A DNA stretch of 64,000 nucleotides, taken from IMG/VR virus record IMGVR_UViG_3300014502_000006, positions 11,147-75,146 of that record; one strand, given 5' to 3'. Shown here one piece after another: positions 10,271 to 20,585 of this stretch. Source of the stretch: a virus. The position numbers and the translations under genes are program-made. The notes below the pieces were generated by a model. The model was given only the letters and a program-made list of their open reading frames with translations. It did not search any database and had not been told where the DNA came from. Position 1 is the first letter of the stretch. Each line of letters starts with the position of its first letter.

Positions 10271-10852
10271 TTATGATATGGGTGATGCTGCTGCCGAATA
10301 CGTGCTGAATATCAAGGATTTCCCGCCAAAAGGTATTTGACCAGATTCAAATAATCTCGAACTCTGGTCAGCCATTTTACTAAAGCTAAGTAATCCCAAA
10401 CCGCCAACATCTGCCCCATTGAATACGGTAAGCAACTCTTGTGCAATGCTATCAACACGGGTCTTATAATTTGTTAGATGGTTTATTTTATAATGCGCAT
10501 ATACCTCCATGCTTATTTCGATATAACCAACAGTTCTGTTTAAGCCAACGGCATAATGCGGCATTATTCTCAGCAAAGCTATCTCGTTCATTAAAACATC
10601 CGGCTGTTTTCCATCCATGAATACATGGTACTGAGATGTGTCCTGCTGACCTGAATATATCAGGTCGGCTTTTTCCTGATGTGTTAAATCAGGTTTGTTC
10701 CAAGCATCTGAAGAATTCCATTTTAATAGTTTCCAGATAAGTTCATTGTTATCCATTAAACAGCTTATGCAGTTATATGACAATTCTGAAAATCTCTCAA
10801 AACCGTTATAAGCAGTCGCCCCAATATTGGGAGTAATGTAAGGTGTTGTCAT
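10271..10852 (-). CDS. Putative tail terminator/completion protein
   Basis: 193 aa; position between head-tail adaptors and the tail tube gene. Confidence 0.45.
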   Translation of the reverse strand: MTTPYITPNIGATAYNGFERFSELSYNCISCLMDNNELIWKLLKWNSSDAWNKPDLTHQEKADLIYSGQQDTSQYHVFMDGKQPDVLMNEIALLRIMPHYAVGLNRTVGYIEISMEVYAHYKINHLTNYKTRVDSIAQELLTVFNGADVGGLGLLSFSKMADQSSRLFESGQIPFGGKSLIFSTYSAAASPIS

Positions 10853-10864
10853 TTTTTTTCTCCA

Positions 10865-12181
10865 CTATCCGGCATTGTCGTTCAGCCATGCACCGCGCAA
10901 ATAAACATCAAATGCTCTGATGCTCGAACCGCCATCGCAGCTTACCGTTAGCTTATCTGTAACACATCTTTTTTTGTTCCAGATGTGAAAATGATTATCG
11001 TCAACCTGTACAAAACCGTAACATTCAATAGGAACAGTATGAACATCACACGTGATAAGGAATGAGTCTGGTTGCTGAACATCATTCTCATACAAATATA
11101 CGCTGTATATCTGGTCTTCCTTTTCAAGAATATAGTTTCTATCAGGACTAATTATTATGCCAGTATTTGTTGCAGGAGAAGCAGTAACTGTTATAGTACA
11201 AGCAGCATGTACTGGATTTCCTTCAATGGTGGCTGTTATTGTGCAAGTCCCATTTCTTACAAGGGTAACAAGACCGGTATCATTAACCGTAGCAACACCA
11301 AAACTAGAAGTTTCCCATAGCACTTTTCTCATAGTGGTGTCTCCATTATAGGTGATACTTGGGATTAACTGTATAGTATCTCCAACCTTTCCCTCAGCGG
11401 TTGCCCTGTTCAAAGTAAGTGTATAAACATTTGTATTAACACTAGCAATTCCGTTTACAATATCGTCTAATTCCTCATTGACAAAATCAGCCGTTAGGTC
11501 AATCACCAATAATTTAGAACTTTCATTATCATCTGTGATATTGTTTCTAAAATCGTTCAAACCGCTACCGACCACTTTATAGCAAGTCCAGTGTTCAGGA
11601 TTACCAAACAAAAATCTTTGGTTTTGCCTTATCTTATTGGTGTTCTCGTTAAACTGCGTCCACATATGCATGAAACCACCCGGTGTTTCAAATGGAGAAC
11701 CGCCTGTAGAATAATCTCTAGGCTCTTTTAACTCATATTTAATAGTGCAAGGTTCTTCATAATATACACCCGTAGGTTCATCAATCCATCTTAACATGTT
11801 ATTGCATCTACGAATGGTGCAAGTGCCGGTAAGGTTCTTATAGAATTCGGTATTTACGGTAATCCACGTATTATTATCAAAAAGATAATGCTTACCCAAA
11901 TCTATCGGGTGGTTAACGTCTTTAAATAGCAAACCCTTCCAGTCATCGCCCAAATCCAAACCTGTCTCTGTATTAATAACATGGTTGATGCGTACATCAA
12001 GGTCTACATATTCCTTTGAACCAACATATGTTTCTTCCTGTATAGTCCACCAATCGGAAGAATTATAGAACTGATTGTTTAGGGTTTGCTGAAATAGTTC
12101 AATGTAATCGTCTTTTGGAGTTTTACCTCTTTTGCCCGTTATGAGCAACCCCGCGGGAACATATTTATATGTGTATGGCAT
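10865..12181 (-). CDS. Head-tail joining protein with Ig-like (Big_2) domain
   Basis: VGDTIQL...VLWETSSFGVATVNDTGLVTLVRNGTCTITAT is a Big_2 signature; neck position. Confidence 0.65.
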   Translation of the reverse strand: MPYTYKYVPAGLLITGKRGKTPKDDYIELFQQTLNNQFYNSSDWWTIQEETYVGSKEYVDLDVRINHVINTETGLDLGDDWKGLLFKDVNHPIDLGKHYLFDNNTWITVNTEFYKNLTGTCTIRRCNNMLRWIDEPTGVYYEEPCTIKYELKEPRDYSTGGSPFETPGGFMHMWTQFNENTNKIRQNQRFLFGNPEHWTCYKVVGSGLNDFRNNITDDNESSKLLVIDLTADFVNEELDDIVNGIASVNTNVYTLTLNRATAEGKVGDTIQLIPSITYNGDTTMRKVLWETSSFGVATVNDTGLVTLVRNGTCTITATIEGNPVHAACTITVTASPATNTGIIISPDRNYILEKEDQIYSVYLYENDVQQPDSFLITCDVHTVPIECYGFVQVDDNHFHIWNKKRCVTDKLTVSCDGGSSIRAFDVYLRGAWLNDNAG

Positions 12182-12183
12182 AG

Positions 12184-12639
12184 TTAACCCCTAAAATCTT
12201 GATTGAACCATCTCGCCCAATCAACTCTTCTATAGCTGTAATCCTGTAATAGTTGTGAACATTGCTCCTTTACGACATTCAACTGTGCGACCTTTTCCCT
12301 TATGTTTTGTGCCTCGGAAGCGGTCTTAAAATCTTTGTCGGTGATGTGCAAGTTCATTTGAGTTATATCGTTCACATTTTTTTGCATCCAGAATTTCATC
12401 ATTAAGGTTGCAAGGATGACTTTGTTATCCCTGCTTAGCGTTTCAGGAAATTCTTGTGTATACTCATCATAGTTCAAATTTTGGTCGCATACATAGAAAT
12501 CCGTGATTGCAAATTGCAACCATGCGCTTACAAAGTTTTCAAAGTCATCCTGCGATAGTTCGAATAGCTCGTTCAACCTATAATCGGTGACAGTCTGCAT
12601 AAAGAGGTCGTAAATCTCACTTAGAGTAGTATTTGCCAT
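12184..12639 (-). CDS. Head-tail adaptor/connector protein
   Basis: Helical 151-aa ORF (TTLSEIYDLF...ILATLM...W...DFKTASEAQN) two genes after the capsid gene. Confidence 0.55.
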   Translation of the reverse strand: MANTTLSEIYDLFMQTVTDYRLNELFELSQDDFENFVSAWLQFAITDFYVCDQNLNYDEYTQEFPETLSRDNKVILATLMMKFWMQKNVNDITQMNLHITDKDFKTASEAQNIREKVAQLNVVKEQCSQLLQDYSYRRVDWARWFNQDFRG

Positions 12640-12683
12640 AGACCTCCTTTTTGGCAGTTTAGTCCTGCCTATTTTCGTTTTAT

Positions 12684-13310
12684 TTATGCTCTTGGTTCAG
12701 CAGGTTTCATCAATTCTCTCATATCATCTGCCTTTTCAATAAACTTTATATTAGAAAGGCGAGATATTTTATCGACCAGATTAAGGTCAATACCCTTCGG
12801 GTCTTCTACCAATCTCTGTAAAATCATATCAGAGATAACCTGTTGCTGACCTTTACTTGCGGCAGCAAAAAGTGCAACTCCTTCGTCTGTGTTAGAAAAG
12901 ATATTCTCGATTTTTTCTTTGGTGAGAATTTTTTCATAAGCCTCATCGAGACCGTGCGCACGAACGACCCTTGGATTTAAAATAATGAAATAACCCTGCT
13001 CCAAAAACTCGTGGGCTACTTCCAAAATATCTACCAAATCGCTGTAGATTATTTTTTTAATCTGATAGAGCGTATCAAATCGATAGACCTTACCCTGTCC
13101 TTTTTCCTTGGTGCAGAGGTTCAGTCTATAGGGAAGTAAAGACATGACCTTAATATATTCACTTTGGTTAATAACGATTTCTTCTCCGCTATTTTCGTCA
13201 AGTTCTTTAGATTCATATCTTGCCACTTTGTCTTCCAATTCCTTTACGTAGGCGTTGTAGCCATCACTTGTGCCAGCCACCTTATTTTTAGAACCTTTAG
13301 TTCTAGCCAT
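12684..13310 (-). CDS. Hypothetical protein following the major capsid gene
   Basis: 208-aa ORF with RBS. Confidence 0.55.
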   Translation of the reverse strand: MARTKGSKNKVAGTSDGYNAYVKELEDKVARYESKELDENSGEEIVINQSEYIKVMSLLPYRLNLCTKEKGQGKVYRFDTLYQIKKIIYSDLVDILEVAHEFLEQGYFIILNPRVVRAHGLDEAYEKILTKEKIENIFSNTDEGVALFAAASKGQQQVISDMILQRLVEDPKGIDLNLVDKISRLSNIKFIEKADDMRELMKPAEPRA

Positions 13311-13381
13311 TTCAATTTCTCCTTGTTTTTATATAGTGGGAGGGGTTACCCCCTCCCTTTAAATTTTTAATTATGCCGTAA

Positions 13382-14518
13382 TTATACGGTCATAACTGCA
13401 CCAACTGCGTTAGTAGCAACACCAACACCCCAAGACTTAATCATAGTGCTAGTCTGAGTCAAATTGGCATTTGCATAAACGTCAGTTGTATAGGCAAGAG
13501 TATTGCCTTCCAAAACAACCTTTATCAACTTCTGAGCGGTAGGACTTACGAACCACAGATAGTTGTTGGAGATTGCTGTAGTGAAAGGTGTGCTCCAATC
13601 AGCAATCTGTGGGATGATAACAATATCAGTGCCCATGAAGTTGCGGATGTAGCCCAATTTCACATAGTCACTCTCGATGTCGTAACGATAGTTAGCATCG
13701 GCAGGGAAAATGTTTGCAAGAGCAAGCTGAGTGCCAAGAACAACGGGCTTAATACCACCGTTCCATGCGGTAACTTTCTGTGCAAGCGTTACGAAATCGG
13801 TTTGAGTATAACCAACAACCTTCAAACCATTAGCACCAGTTGAAAGACCAGCCATAGCGGGTACAAAAGCGTTGTAAACATCGATGGTAAGCTGAGTCTC
13901 GAAAGAGCGAGCTACCTTGGCTACGAAGTCAGCAAGGGATTCCTTGCCAGCAAGTACGCGGTAAAGAGAAACACCAACGGTCAATTCGCGCTGCTCAGGG
14001 TTGATAACAACCTGTCCTCTGAACTGCTTGTGAACTTCACTGGTTCTCTTAGCACGACCATTCTTAGAAACCACGAACAAATCACGTGGCTCGATATCGA
14101 AAGCAGCAGAATCGCCCCAACCAATCGTGCGAACATCGGAGTAAAGACCGATGCTGTCGATGATGGTCTCAGGGAGAATCATATCAACCATTGCAGAAAC
14201 AACGGCAAAGGTTGCCCAACGAAGGGTAGGATGTGTAGCCCAAGTTTCCAGAGGGAACGCATCGAAGTTTGCAACACCAGCAACACGCATAATCTCTTTC
14301 TTAAGAGCAGCGTTCATTGCGGCTTCTTTCTCATCGTAAGAGATGGATACAACCTCACCATCTTTATTAACGGTGGTTGTAGAGAATTCGAGACCCTCTA
14401 CGCCGGTGCGAGAACGATACTGATTCCAGTAATCGTGAAACATCTTGTAGACAGCCATGTTGTTCTCACCTGCGAACATAACAACCTGTGCAGGAATTTT
14501 TGTAGATGAAATAGTCAT
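13382..14518 (-). CDS. Major capsid protein
   Basis: 378 aa, strong GGAGG RBS, after protease and decoration genes, followed by hairpin 13338-13358; DVRTIGWGDSAAFDI..DLFVVSKNGRA segment. Confidence 0.8.
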   Translation of the reverse strand: MTISSTKIPAQVVMFAGENNMAVYKMFHDYWNQYRSRTGVEGLEFSTTTVNKDGEVVSISYDEKEAAMNAALKKEIMRVAGVANFDAFPLETWATHPTLRWATFAVVSAMVDMILPETIIDSIGLYSDVRTIGWGDSAAFDIEPRDLFVVSKNGRAKRTSEVHKQFRGQVVINPEQRELTVGVSLYRVLAGKESLADFVAKVARSFETQLTIDVYNAFVPAMAGLSTGANGLKVVGYTQTDFVTLAQKVTAWNGGIKPVVLGTQLALANIFPADANYRYDIESDYVKLGYIRNFMGTDIVIIPQIADWSTPFTTAISNNYLWFVSPTAQKLIKVVLEGNTLAYTTDVYANANLTQTSTMIKSWGVGVATNAVGAVMTV

Positions 14519-14548
14519 TTTTTCCTCCTATAAATATGATAGTTCAGA

Positions 14549-15085
14549 TTAGCTCTGAACAAGAACTTCCATTAGATAAGCGGTAACACGTCCAGTATCC
14601 CCAAATCCGCCCGTTCCGATACTGATGTACTGAGTAGCAATATACTTCAAGCTTAGAGCACCGGCTGTCTGAGTAGCACCCCAAACAAGCTGTACCTGAG
14701 AATCGGTAGCGTTAGCAAAAGTGTTCACGCCTTTTACACCGGTAAAGCAATCCTCATCCAGCAGAATCAAATCATAAGGCTGAGGCAGGAACGCACTAAA
14801 AACACGCCCTATCCCAACGTTAAAATTACGAACATCAGGGTCTAACCCACGATAGTTACCACTCCAAACCAGTTCGGGGTCATATACCATCCAGCATTTA
14901 CTGAGAGAAGCGGTAGCAGGAACTGTAGCAGTCCATACTTCTGCCTCACCCTGTGTAGTGGACTTTGCTAATAGATTCACTAAACCGCCGTTTTCCAAAA
15001 TATTTGTTGCGCAAATACCGGGGCGATTCCATGCGTCTACATTGGTCGCTGCAATAGCAGTCGGAATCATAACACCATAAGACAT
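14549..15085 (-). CDS. Putative capsid decoration/cement protein, paralog 2
   Basis: Directly upstream of the capsid gene; paralog of 15106-15645 (IP.AIAATN.D..NRP, PELVWSGNYRGLDPDVRN). Confidence 0.6.
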   Translation of the reverse strand: MSYGVMIPTAIAATNVDAWNRPGICATNILENGGLVNLLAKSTTQGEAEVWTATVPATASLSKCWMVYDPELVWSGNYRGLDPDVRNFNVGIGRVFSAFLPQPYDLILLDEDCFTGVKGVNTFANATDSQVQLVWGATQTAGALSLKYIATQYISIGTGGFGDTGRVTAYLMEVLVQS

Positions 15086-15105
15086 TTTATTTTCCTCCTA
15101 TAAGA

Positions 15106-15645
15106 TTAAGCGCTAACAACTTCAAATTGATAAGCGGTTATGCGCTGAGTATCCATCGCACCAGTAGCAAGACTGATGTATGTTAAAGCAATATATTTTG
15201 CACAAAATACAGTCAGGTCAACAGCATGAACCCATTCGGGTTGCACACCAGAACCGTTGGTTGCCTTGATGAATAAATCAGCAGGGCCTGTACCAGTGGC
15301 AAGACCATCTTCGGTAATTACAAAAAGGTCGCCAACTTGTGGCTTGAAGGCACTGAACACTCTTGTTGCCTTAGTGTAATAGTTACGAACATCAGGGTCT
15401 AACCCACGATAGTTACCACTCCAGACAAGTTCGGGTTCATAAGCCATCCAAAGACCAGAAAGACCAACACCGGCAGATGGTGCAACGGCAGTCCATACTT
15501 CTGACTCTCCGCTGGCAACACCATAGGTGGTCAGTTTAAGAAGATTACCGTTATCAACATCTGAAGCGCACACGCAAGGGCGGTTGTAGCTATCGATGTT
15601 AGTAGCAGCAATTGCACTAGGAATTAATATAGAATGAGTAGTCAT
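15106..15645 (-). CDS. Putative capsid decoration/cement protein, paralog 1
   Basis: Paralog of 14549-15085, between the protease and capsid genes. Confidence 0.6.
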   Translation of the reverse strand: MTTHSILIPSAIAATNIDSYNRPCVCASDVDNGNLLKLTTYGVASGESEVWTAVAPSAGVGLSGLWMAYEPELVWSGNYRGLDPDVRNYYTKATRVFSAFKPQVGDLFVITEDGLATGTGPADLFIKATNGSGVQPEWVHAVDLTVFCAKYIALTYISLATGAMDTQRITAYQFEVVSA

Positions 15646-15660
15646 TGTTTATTCTCCTAG

Positions 15661-18084
15661 TTATTTTGTGCCAGCCCAAACATCGCTGTTTGGTTTAAGT
15701 TTTCCGGTAGCCCAAGGATTGCCGAGTTTCTTTGGTTCATCCTTGCCGGTTTCTCTCATAGCAAAATCAAATGACTTTGCCTTTACATACTGCTTCCACT
15801 GTTCGAGGTCAGCATATGCAAATTCGTCAGCCTTTGCAGCCATTTCTTTCTTGGCTTCATCAGGAAGTACAACTTTTGCAGCCATTTCGTTCAAGGTTTT
15901 CTCAACTTCGAATTCCTTCTTCTCGGCTTCGACTGCGGCTTTGAACTTCTTGAGTTCCTCGTTCTCAGCCATCATGACCTTATCTTCCTCTTCCTTTTTG
16001 GCTAGTTTTGCTGCCATATCGCACATCTTGGAATACATGGCGTGCACAATAATTCCGGGTTCATAAGTTTCGCCCTTTTTTATTTTGGCGCATTCCTCTT
16101 TTGCCATTTTGAACATGTTGCCATCTTGACCGTCTTGACCGTCTTCGCCATCCTCGCCAACGATAATGACGGTGGTATCAAACATTTGGCTCATCTTGTC
16201 CCAATCAAAGTGCTTAGGAAACTCAAATTTCTTGTTTTCCTTGTCCACTTCCTGCTCCTTTTTCTCTTCTGCGCGAGTTTCTTTCTCCTCTTCCGCAGGA
16301 GAGCCTTCGGCGGGTTTTGCAGCCATTTCCTCTTCTTTCTTTTCTACTTCATCTGCCATTTTTTCTTCCTCCTTTTGGGGTTCAAGCCCTAATTTTTTTT
16401 GTATATTTGCTGCTTTACCCGCAGCGACAGATTGGTTTTGCCCCTTGGCTCTGCCAATTGCTGACGATAAAGCGCCAGAGTTATATACAAATTTCCCGCC
16501 TACTTCTTGCATTACGGGATATTTCAACGACTGTGAGGGATGGTCTTCCCATCCGTTTTCTACGATGAGATAAACATCATCGACCAAAGACTTATAATTA
16601 CTTGCACCCAATACTTTATGCATGAGTGCTGTCTTATCAACATCACCCCAAGCCGTATTGGACACAGCCTCTTTGGATTTGTCTGTTTCAATTGCTTCGC
16701 CTTTTCCCAAGTCTTCTTTTGCAAACTCTTTTTCTTCCTCTGTGGCATTTTCCACAATCTTTTCCGTTGCATTTTCTACAAGGTTTTCAGTTGCATTTTC
16801 TACAACTGCATTTTCTACAACTGCATTTTCTACAACTTTTTCAGGCTCAGCGTTTTCTACAATTTTTTCTTCTTCTGCCATACTTGCTGCATCCTTTTCT
16901 ACCCAATGTCCGTCCTCGACTTTATGGGTCTTTTTGAAAGAACTAATGGCAATAGCCCACCCGTTCTTTTTTTCGTCAGAACCAATTGCATCAGCCTGTT
17001 TTGCTATTGCGTTGGCTTGTGCAACACTAATAGGAGGTTCTATTCCTTTTAACGCAGGATTCGCATCTTTCATGGATTTATAAGGAAACGTTACAATCAG
17101 TTCTTTCATCCTATCGTTTTCCTTTTCGTTCAATTCATCTCCAATTGTTTCATCGGTGACTGACTCGGTAGGAAGCGTAGAAACCAATTTCTTCATTTTC
17201 TCGTCTTCTTTTTTACCCAACTCGTCTGCGATTGACTGCGCCCACACCATACCAGCAGTACCACCCCACAGCAACCAGTCAATATGCTCTGGAGAACTGC
17301 TCTCGGCTAAACCAGCGCTTTTATGCTCTGAAAAATATGCCGCCATCTGCTTTATCTTTTCTGGTTTTGCTTTGTTCTCGGTAGCTAGATATTTTGCAGT
17401 GGCTATACTAGCTGCCCTCCAGCGTCCGGTCATGCCGGGTTGCACTCTGAGCATCAAACCATTCTTTGCATTATCTTTTACATCAGCGGGTATAATCAAA
17501 GCAACATCAGGAAATTCTTCCTCTAGTGCTTTATTATATTCCTTTTTCACATCTGCAAAAGATAGAACGTTTGCAACTGCTCCCGGTATGGCAGGTGTTA
17601 CGAAAGTACCTAAAACGGTTATGGCATCATATTTAAAATTAATAAGTTCTGTCAAACCGTTTCCCATAGGCTTTGCATCAAAAACTTCTATTTCCACACT
17701 AACGGGTTTTATACCCCCATCGCGTTTAAAGAAATTGAGCAACTCTCCGGTGTATTTCTTCCACACATAGGCAATAACGGACAGCATTGTTCTGCCATCC
17801 TCCATTTTTTTGCTTTTTATTTCAGAACTTTCTGGCACAAACCCGCATGGAACTTCCTGAATATCGTGCGTACCAATATCGTCCAGTTCAGGGTCATATT
17901 CCCATACGATAGGGCAGTTCTTGATTGTACCTGCGGTCTTTGCCAACGTATCTTCTGAAACATACATTTCGTGAAGATTCTTTCCAGAAGCAAAAAAGTC
18001 TAAATCCAAGATGGCAAAATTAGAATTGGGATTCTCGTCTATCATCTTGGCATCTTCAATTGTAAAACTTAGTTTTTTTGTCAA
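15661..18084 (-). CDS. Prohead protease-scaffold fusion with inserted domains
   Basis: N-terminal protease-like region (GKNLH..., VPCGFV, AYVWKKY, VSVEI, ITVLG..VTPAIPGA) and acidic coiled-coil C-terminal scaffold; position between portal and capsid. Confidence 0.7.
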   Translation of the reverse strand: MTKKLSFTIEDAKMIDENPNSNFAILDLDFFASGKNLHEMYVSEDTLAKTAGTIKNCPIVWEYDPELDDIGTHDIQEVPCGFVPESSEIKSKKMEDGRTMLSVIAYVWKKYTGELLNFFKRDGGIKPVSVEIEVFDAKPMGNGLTELINFKYDAITVLGTFVTPAIPGAVANVLSFADVKKEYNKALEEEFPDVALIIPADVKDNAKNGLMLRVQPGMTGRWRAASIATAKYLATENKAKPEKIKQMAAYFSEHKSAGLAESSSPEHIDWLLWGGTAGMVWAQSIADELGKKEDEKMKKLVSTLPTESVTDETIGDELNEKENDRMKELIVTFPYKSMKDANPALKGIEPPISVAQANAIAKQADAIGSDEKKNGWAIAISSFKKTHKVEDGHWVEKDAASMAEEEKIVENAEPEKVVENAVVENAVVENATENLVENATEKIVENATEEEKEFAKEDLGKGEAIETDKSKEAVSNTAWGDVDKTALMHKVLGASNYKSLVDDVYLIVENGWEDHPSQSLKYPVMQEVGGKFVYNSGALSSAIGRAKGQNQSVAAGKAANIQKKLGLEPQKEEEKMADEVEKKEEEMAAKPAEGSPAEEEKETRAEEKKEQEVDKENKKFEFPKHFDWDKMSQMFDTTVIIVGEDGEDGQDGQDGNMFKMAKEECAKIKKGETYEPGIIVHAMYSKMCDMAAKLAKKEEEDKVMMAENEELKKFKAAVEAEKKEFEVEKTLNEMAAKVVLPDEAKKEMAAKADEFAYADLEQWKQYVKAKSFDFAMRETGKDEPKKLGNPWATGKLKPNSDVWAGTK
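16745..16862 (-). repeat. Intragenic VENA repeats
   Basis: Repeated gcattttctacaa units encoding (V/I/L)VENA about six times. Confidence 0.7.
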
Positions 18085-18125
18085 TTTTTACCTCCTTCCT
18101 GTGGGACTTGTATCTCACTAGGATG

Positions 18126-18329
18126 TTATTTTGCCAAACCAGCCAATATTTTTAAGCGCAAAGGCATTTTCTTTAAAGCTGCGTTTAGCCTTTCGGTTTT
18201 GGCGAAATAATAGGAATCTCCGTCAAGACCAAGTACAGGCAAAGAACATTTATATACAAGATACCTCATAACAGGTTTTTTGCATTTATACTTGTTTTCA
18301 ATGACTGAGCTATTAACTATCATAATCAC
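18126..18329 (-). CDS. Small basic hypothetical protein
   Basis: 67-aa ORF packed tightly between ferritin and protease. Confidence 0.5.
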   Translation of the reverse strand: MIMIVNSSVIENKYKCKKPVMRYLVYKCSLPVLGLDGDSYYFAKTERLNAALKKMPLRLKILAGLAK

Positions 18330-18331
18330 CT

Positions 18332-18829
18332 CTAATCGACTTCTGTAGAATCATTCCATACTTTGACCCTATACCAGTCACTACCGCAAAGTTCTGCGTT
18401 ATCGAAAAACGTTGTTGCTTCCTCATACTCGTTTTGCTGCTTTGTAATCATTTCACGCATTTTTTCCTCAACCACCGGGTTATTTTCTGAAATCGCCATC
18501 TTTTTAATTTCATCGATACTGGTTGTAGTAAGAATTTCGCGGTCTACATAAGCTTGCGCAATATCAACAACAGAATTAAACTTAATGTCTATTGCGTCAA
18601 TTTCTGGAATGATTATGTCTGCGTTAATATCGGTAAGCAAGTTGAAGAATTCTAGCGAATGTCCTGTTTCCTCTTCGTGCTGTTGTTCAAAATGTTTGGA
18701 GAGATTGTCAAAACCCTTGTTTCTCAAAAATCCACATATGAACAGGTAGAGATTCGCATTGTATTTTTCATGCCCTATTTGTTCACAAATAGCACTACGC
18801 AACGCTTCACTTATTAGTGAATATCCCAT
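18332..18829 (-). CDS. Ferritin (non-haem, FtnA-like)
   Basis: EQIGHE..NANLYL, EEETGH, REILTT.SI, QQNEYEE correspond to ferroxidase-centre residues; 165-aa size fits. Confidence 0.85.
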   Translation of the reverse strand: MGYSLISEALRSAICEQIGHEKYNANLYLFICGFLRNKGFDNLSKHFEQQHEEETGHSLEFFNLLTDINADIIIPEIDAIDIKFNSVVDIAQAYVDREILTTTSIDEIKKMAISENNPVVEEKMREMITKQQNEYEEATTFFDNAELCGSDWYRVKVWNDSTEVD

Positions 18830-18831
18830 TT

Positions 18832-20574
18832 TTACCTTGCCTTTCCGCCACGTCCAATATTAGTTCCCTGAGCACGGGTTTGTTCACCTTCATCAGATAT
18901 TTTCGAATCGCTCTTTGTTGGTCTACCTCTTTGGGCTGGCATTCCTGTATCCGGTTTCCCGGTTGTTGGTGCTGTTGGTACTTTCGGCACTGGTGGTGCT
19001 TTTGCTGTACTCGGTGCTGGCTTTGGATTTAACTTTGCTGTTGTTTTAACAAGGTCTTGTTGGTCTTTAGCCGTTTCTCCAAGAATCGCTTCTTGGTTCA
19101 GAACAGATGGAACGGTAAGCATACTCATAAAGTCCATTGATTTTGCTTCCGCCATGTGCTTAATAAGGTCTGCTGGTTTCATGCCCATTGCAGCCGCAAT
19201 CTTCTGCGGCAGGACAATACCCTGCGAGAATAAAGTCATTGCGTTCTCAAGTCTTGCAGCCCTGTTCAGATAGAAATCAGTGCCCTCAAAGACAAATCTA
19301 AAATGGTATGTCTTTGTAAACTTATTCACCCAATAATTCATGAAGTCATTAAACTGGTCATAAAGTATTGTCATCATCTGCTCATCAACATTCAAACTTA
19401 GTTGAGTTTCAATAGCATTTGGTTTAATATTGCTGGTGAATATAAGATTGGTATTAATACCACTCATCCCCAAGGTAGTTCTTACATAGCTGTCATACAT
19501 ACTATTGTCCGCATCAAAACTAATAGCCTTTATGTTCTGTAGTGGCGCGGATGCTACCCGGATAGAATCTGAAATAGCACTTCTTACCAAAGCCATGAAC
19601 TTGCCAAGTAAATCAGGACTAATCCCAATCGTATCTTTTACCGTAGATTTTGCGTCTTTATTGAGCATGGGAACTTCGCCCATAATTAACCTGCTTGCAG
19701 CAGCCATGTTGCTATTTTTTTGGAGATTACGCATCAATCCTTGTAAAATTAAATCGCTGAACAGAGGGGTAAAGTAAGGCAATCTGGTTGCCAATTCAGG
19801 TGTGAATTTAAAACAAACCCCAATGGTTGTAGGTACATCCACCCAATAAATCCAAGAACTTTTATCCCTTTTTTCGGGAGGCAAAGCGGGGTCATAACTT
19901 CGTGTAATATTTGCATTTTTCCATATTTCATTGAATTTCTTTTTAAAGAAATCTGGATACATATCAATATCGACACCGGGCTGAATGAACCAATACATGT
20001 TGAAACTGAATAAGAAACCACCGTCCCATCTGCCTGTTATTTTGCAATACTCAGAAGGTAATTCCTGTAAAACAAATTTATCACCTGTATCGACAAAACA
20101 GGCAAAGAAGGCATCGTTTCTCAACATCTCTTTTACAGCGCTTCGAAATTCTTTTCTATATTCGAAACGGTTCAGGAATTTTTCTACAGCGGCAAGGTCT
20201 TTCTTGTATTTCGGTGCATCATAATCATCCGCTTCTGCGGTTGATGTATAGGTTATATCAAAAGAAAGCATATCCCCTAAATAAGAAAGCAAGCGCTTAT
20301 AAACCATGCTTGTCAGTTCGAAAGACTGTGAGAATTCCTGTATTTGCCTTTCACTTTCCTTGGGGTTTCTCATTGCCGCATCGAGCATATCCTGTGTGGC
20401 TTGCATCGGGTTGAGAGTAACATCTCTCATTCTGCCGCTTACCAAATCAGGATTTAGGTATACATTACCATACATCCCGCTCATAGACCGTGCAAATTCT
20501 ATAACTGACCAAGTTTCTTTCTCAGTTAGCAAGGGTTCTTCTGAGTTGTTTTTTATTTCATCATTTTCTGCCAT
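18832..20574 (-). CDS. Portal protein
   Basis: 580 aa immediately after the terminase; QELPSEYCKITG motif; C-terminal Pro-rich tail with GRP.K. Confidence 0.8.
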   Translation of the reverse strand: MAENDEIKNNSEEPLLTEKETWSVIEFARSMSGMYGNVYLNPDLVSGRMRDVTLNPMQATQDMLDAAMRNPKESERQIQEFSQSFELTSMVYKRLLSYLGDMLSFDITYTSTAEADDYDAPKYKKDLAAVEKFLNRFEYRKEFRSAVKEMLRNDAFFACFVDTGDKFVLQELPSEYCKITGRWDGGFLFSFNMYWFIQPGVDIDMYPDFFKKKFNEIWKNANITRSYDPALPPEKRDKSSWIYWVDVPTTIGVCFKFTPELATRLPYFTPLFSDLILQGLMRNLQKNSNMAAASRLIMGEVPMLNKDAKSTVKDTIGISPDLLGKFMALVRSAISDSIRVASAPLQNIKAISFDADNSMYDSYVRTTLGMSGINTNLIFTSNIKPNAIETQLSLNVDEQMMTILYDQFNDFMNYWVNKFTKTYHFRFVFEGTDFYLNRAARLENAMTLFSQGIVLPQKIAAAMGMKPADLIKHMAEAKSMDFMSMLTVPSVLNQEAILGETAKDQQDLVKTTAKLNPKPAPSTAKAPPVPKVPTAPTTGKPDTGMPAQRGRPTKSDSKISDEGEQTRAQGTNIGRGGKAR

Positions 20575-20585
20575 TATGCTCCTTT

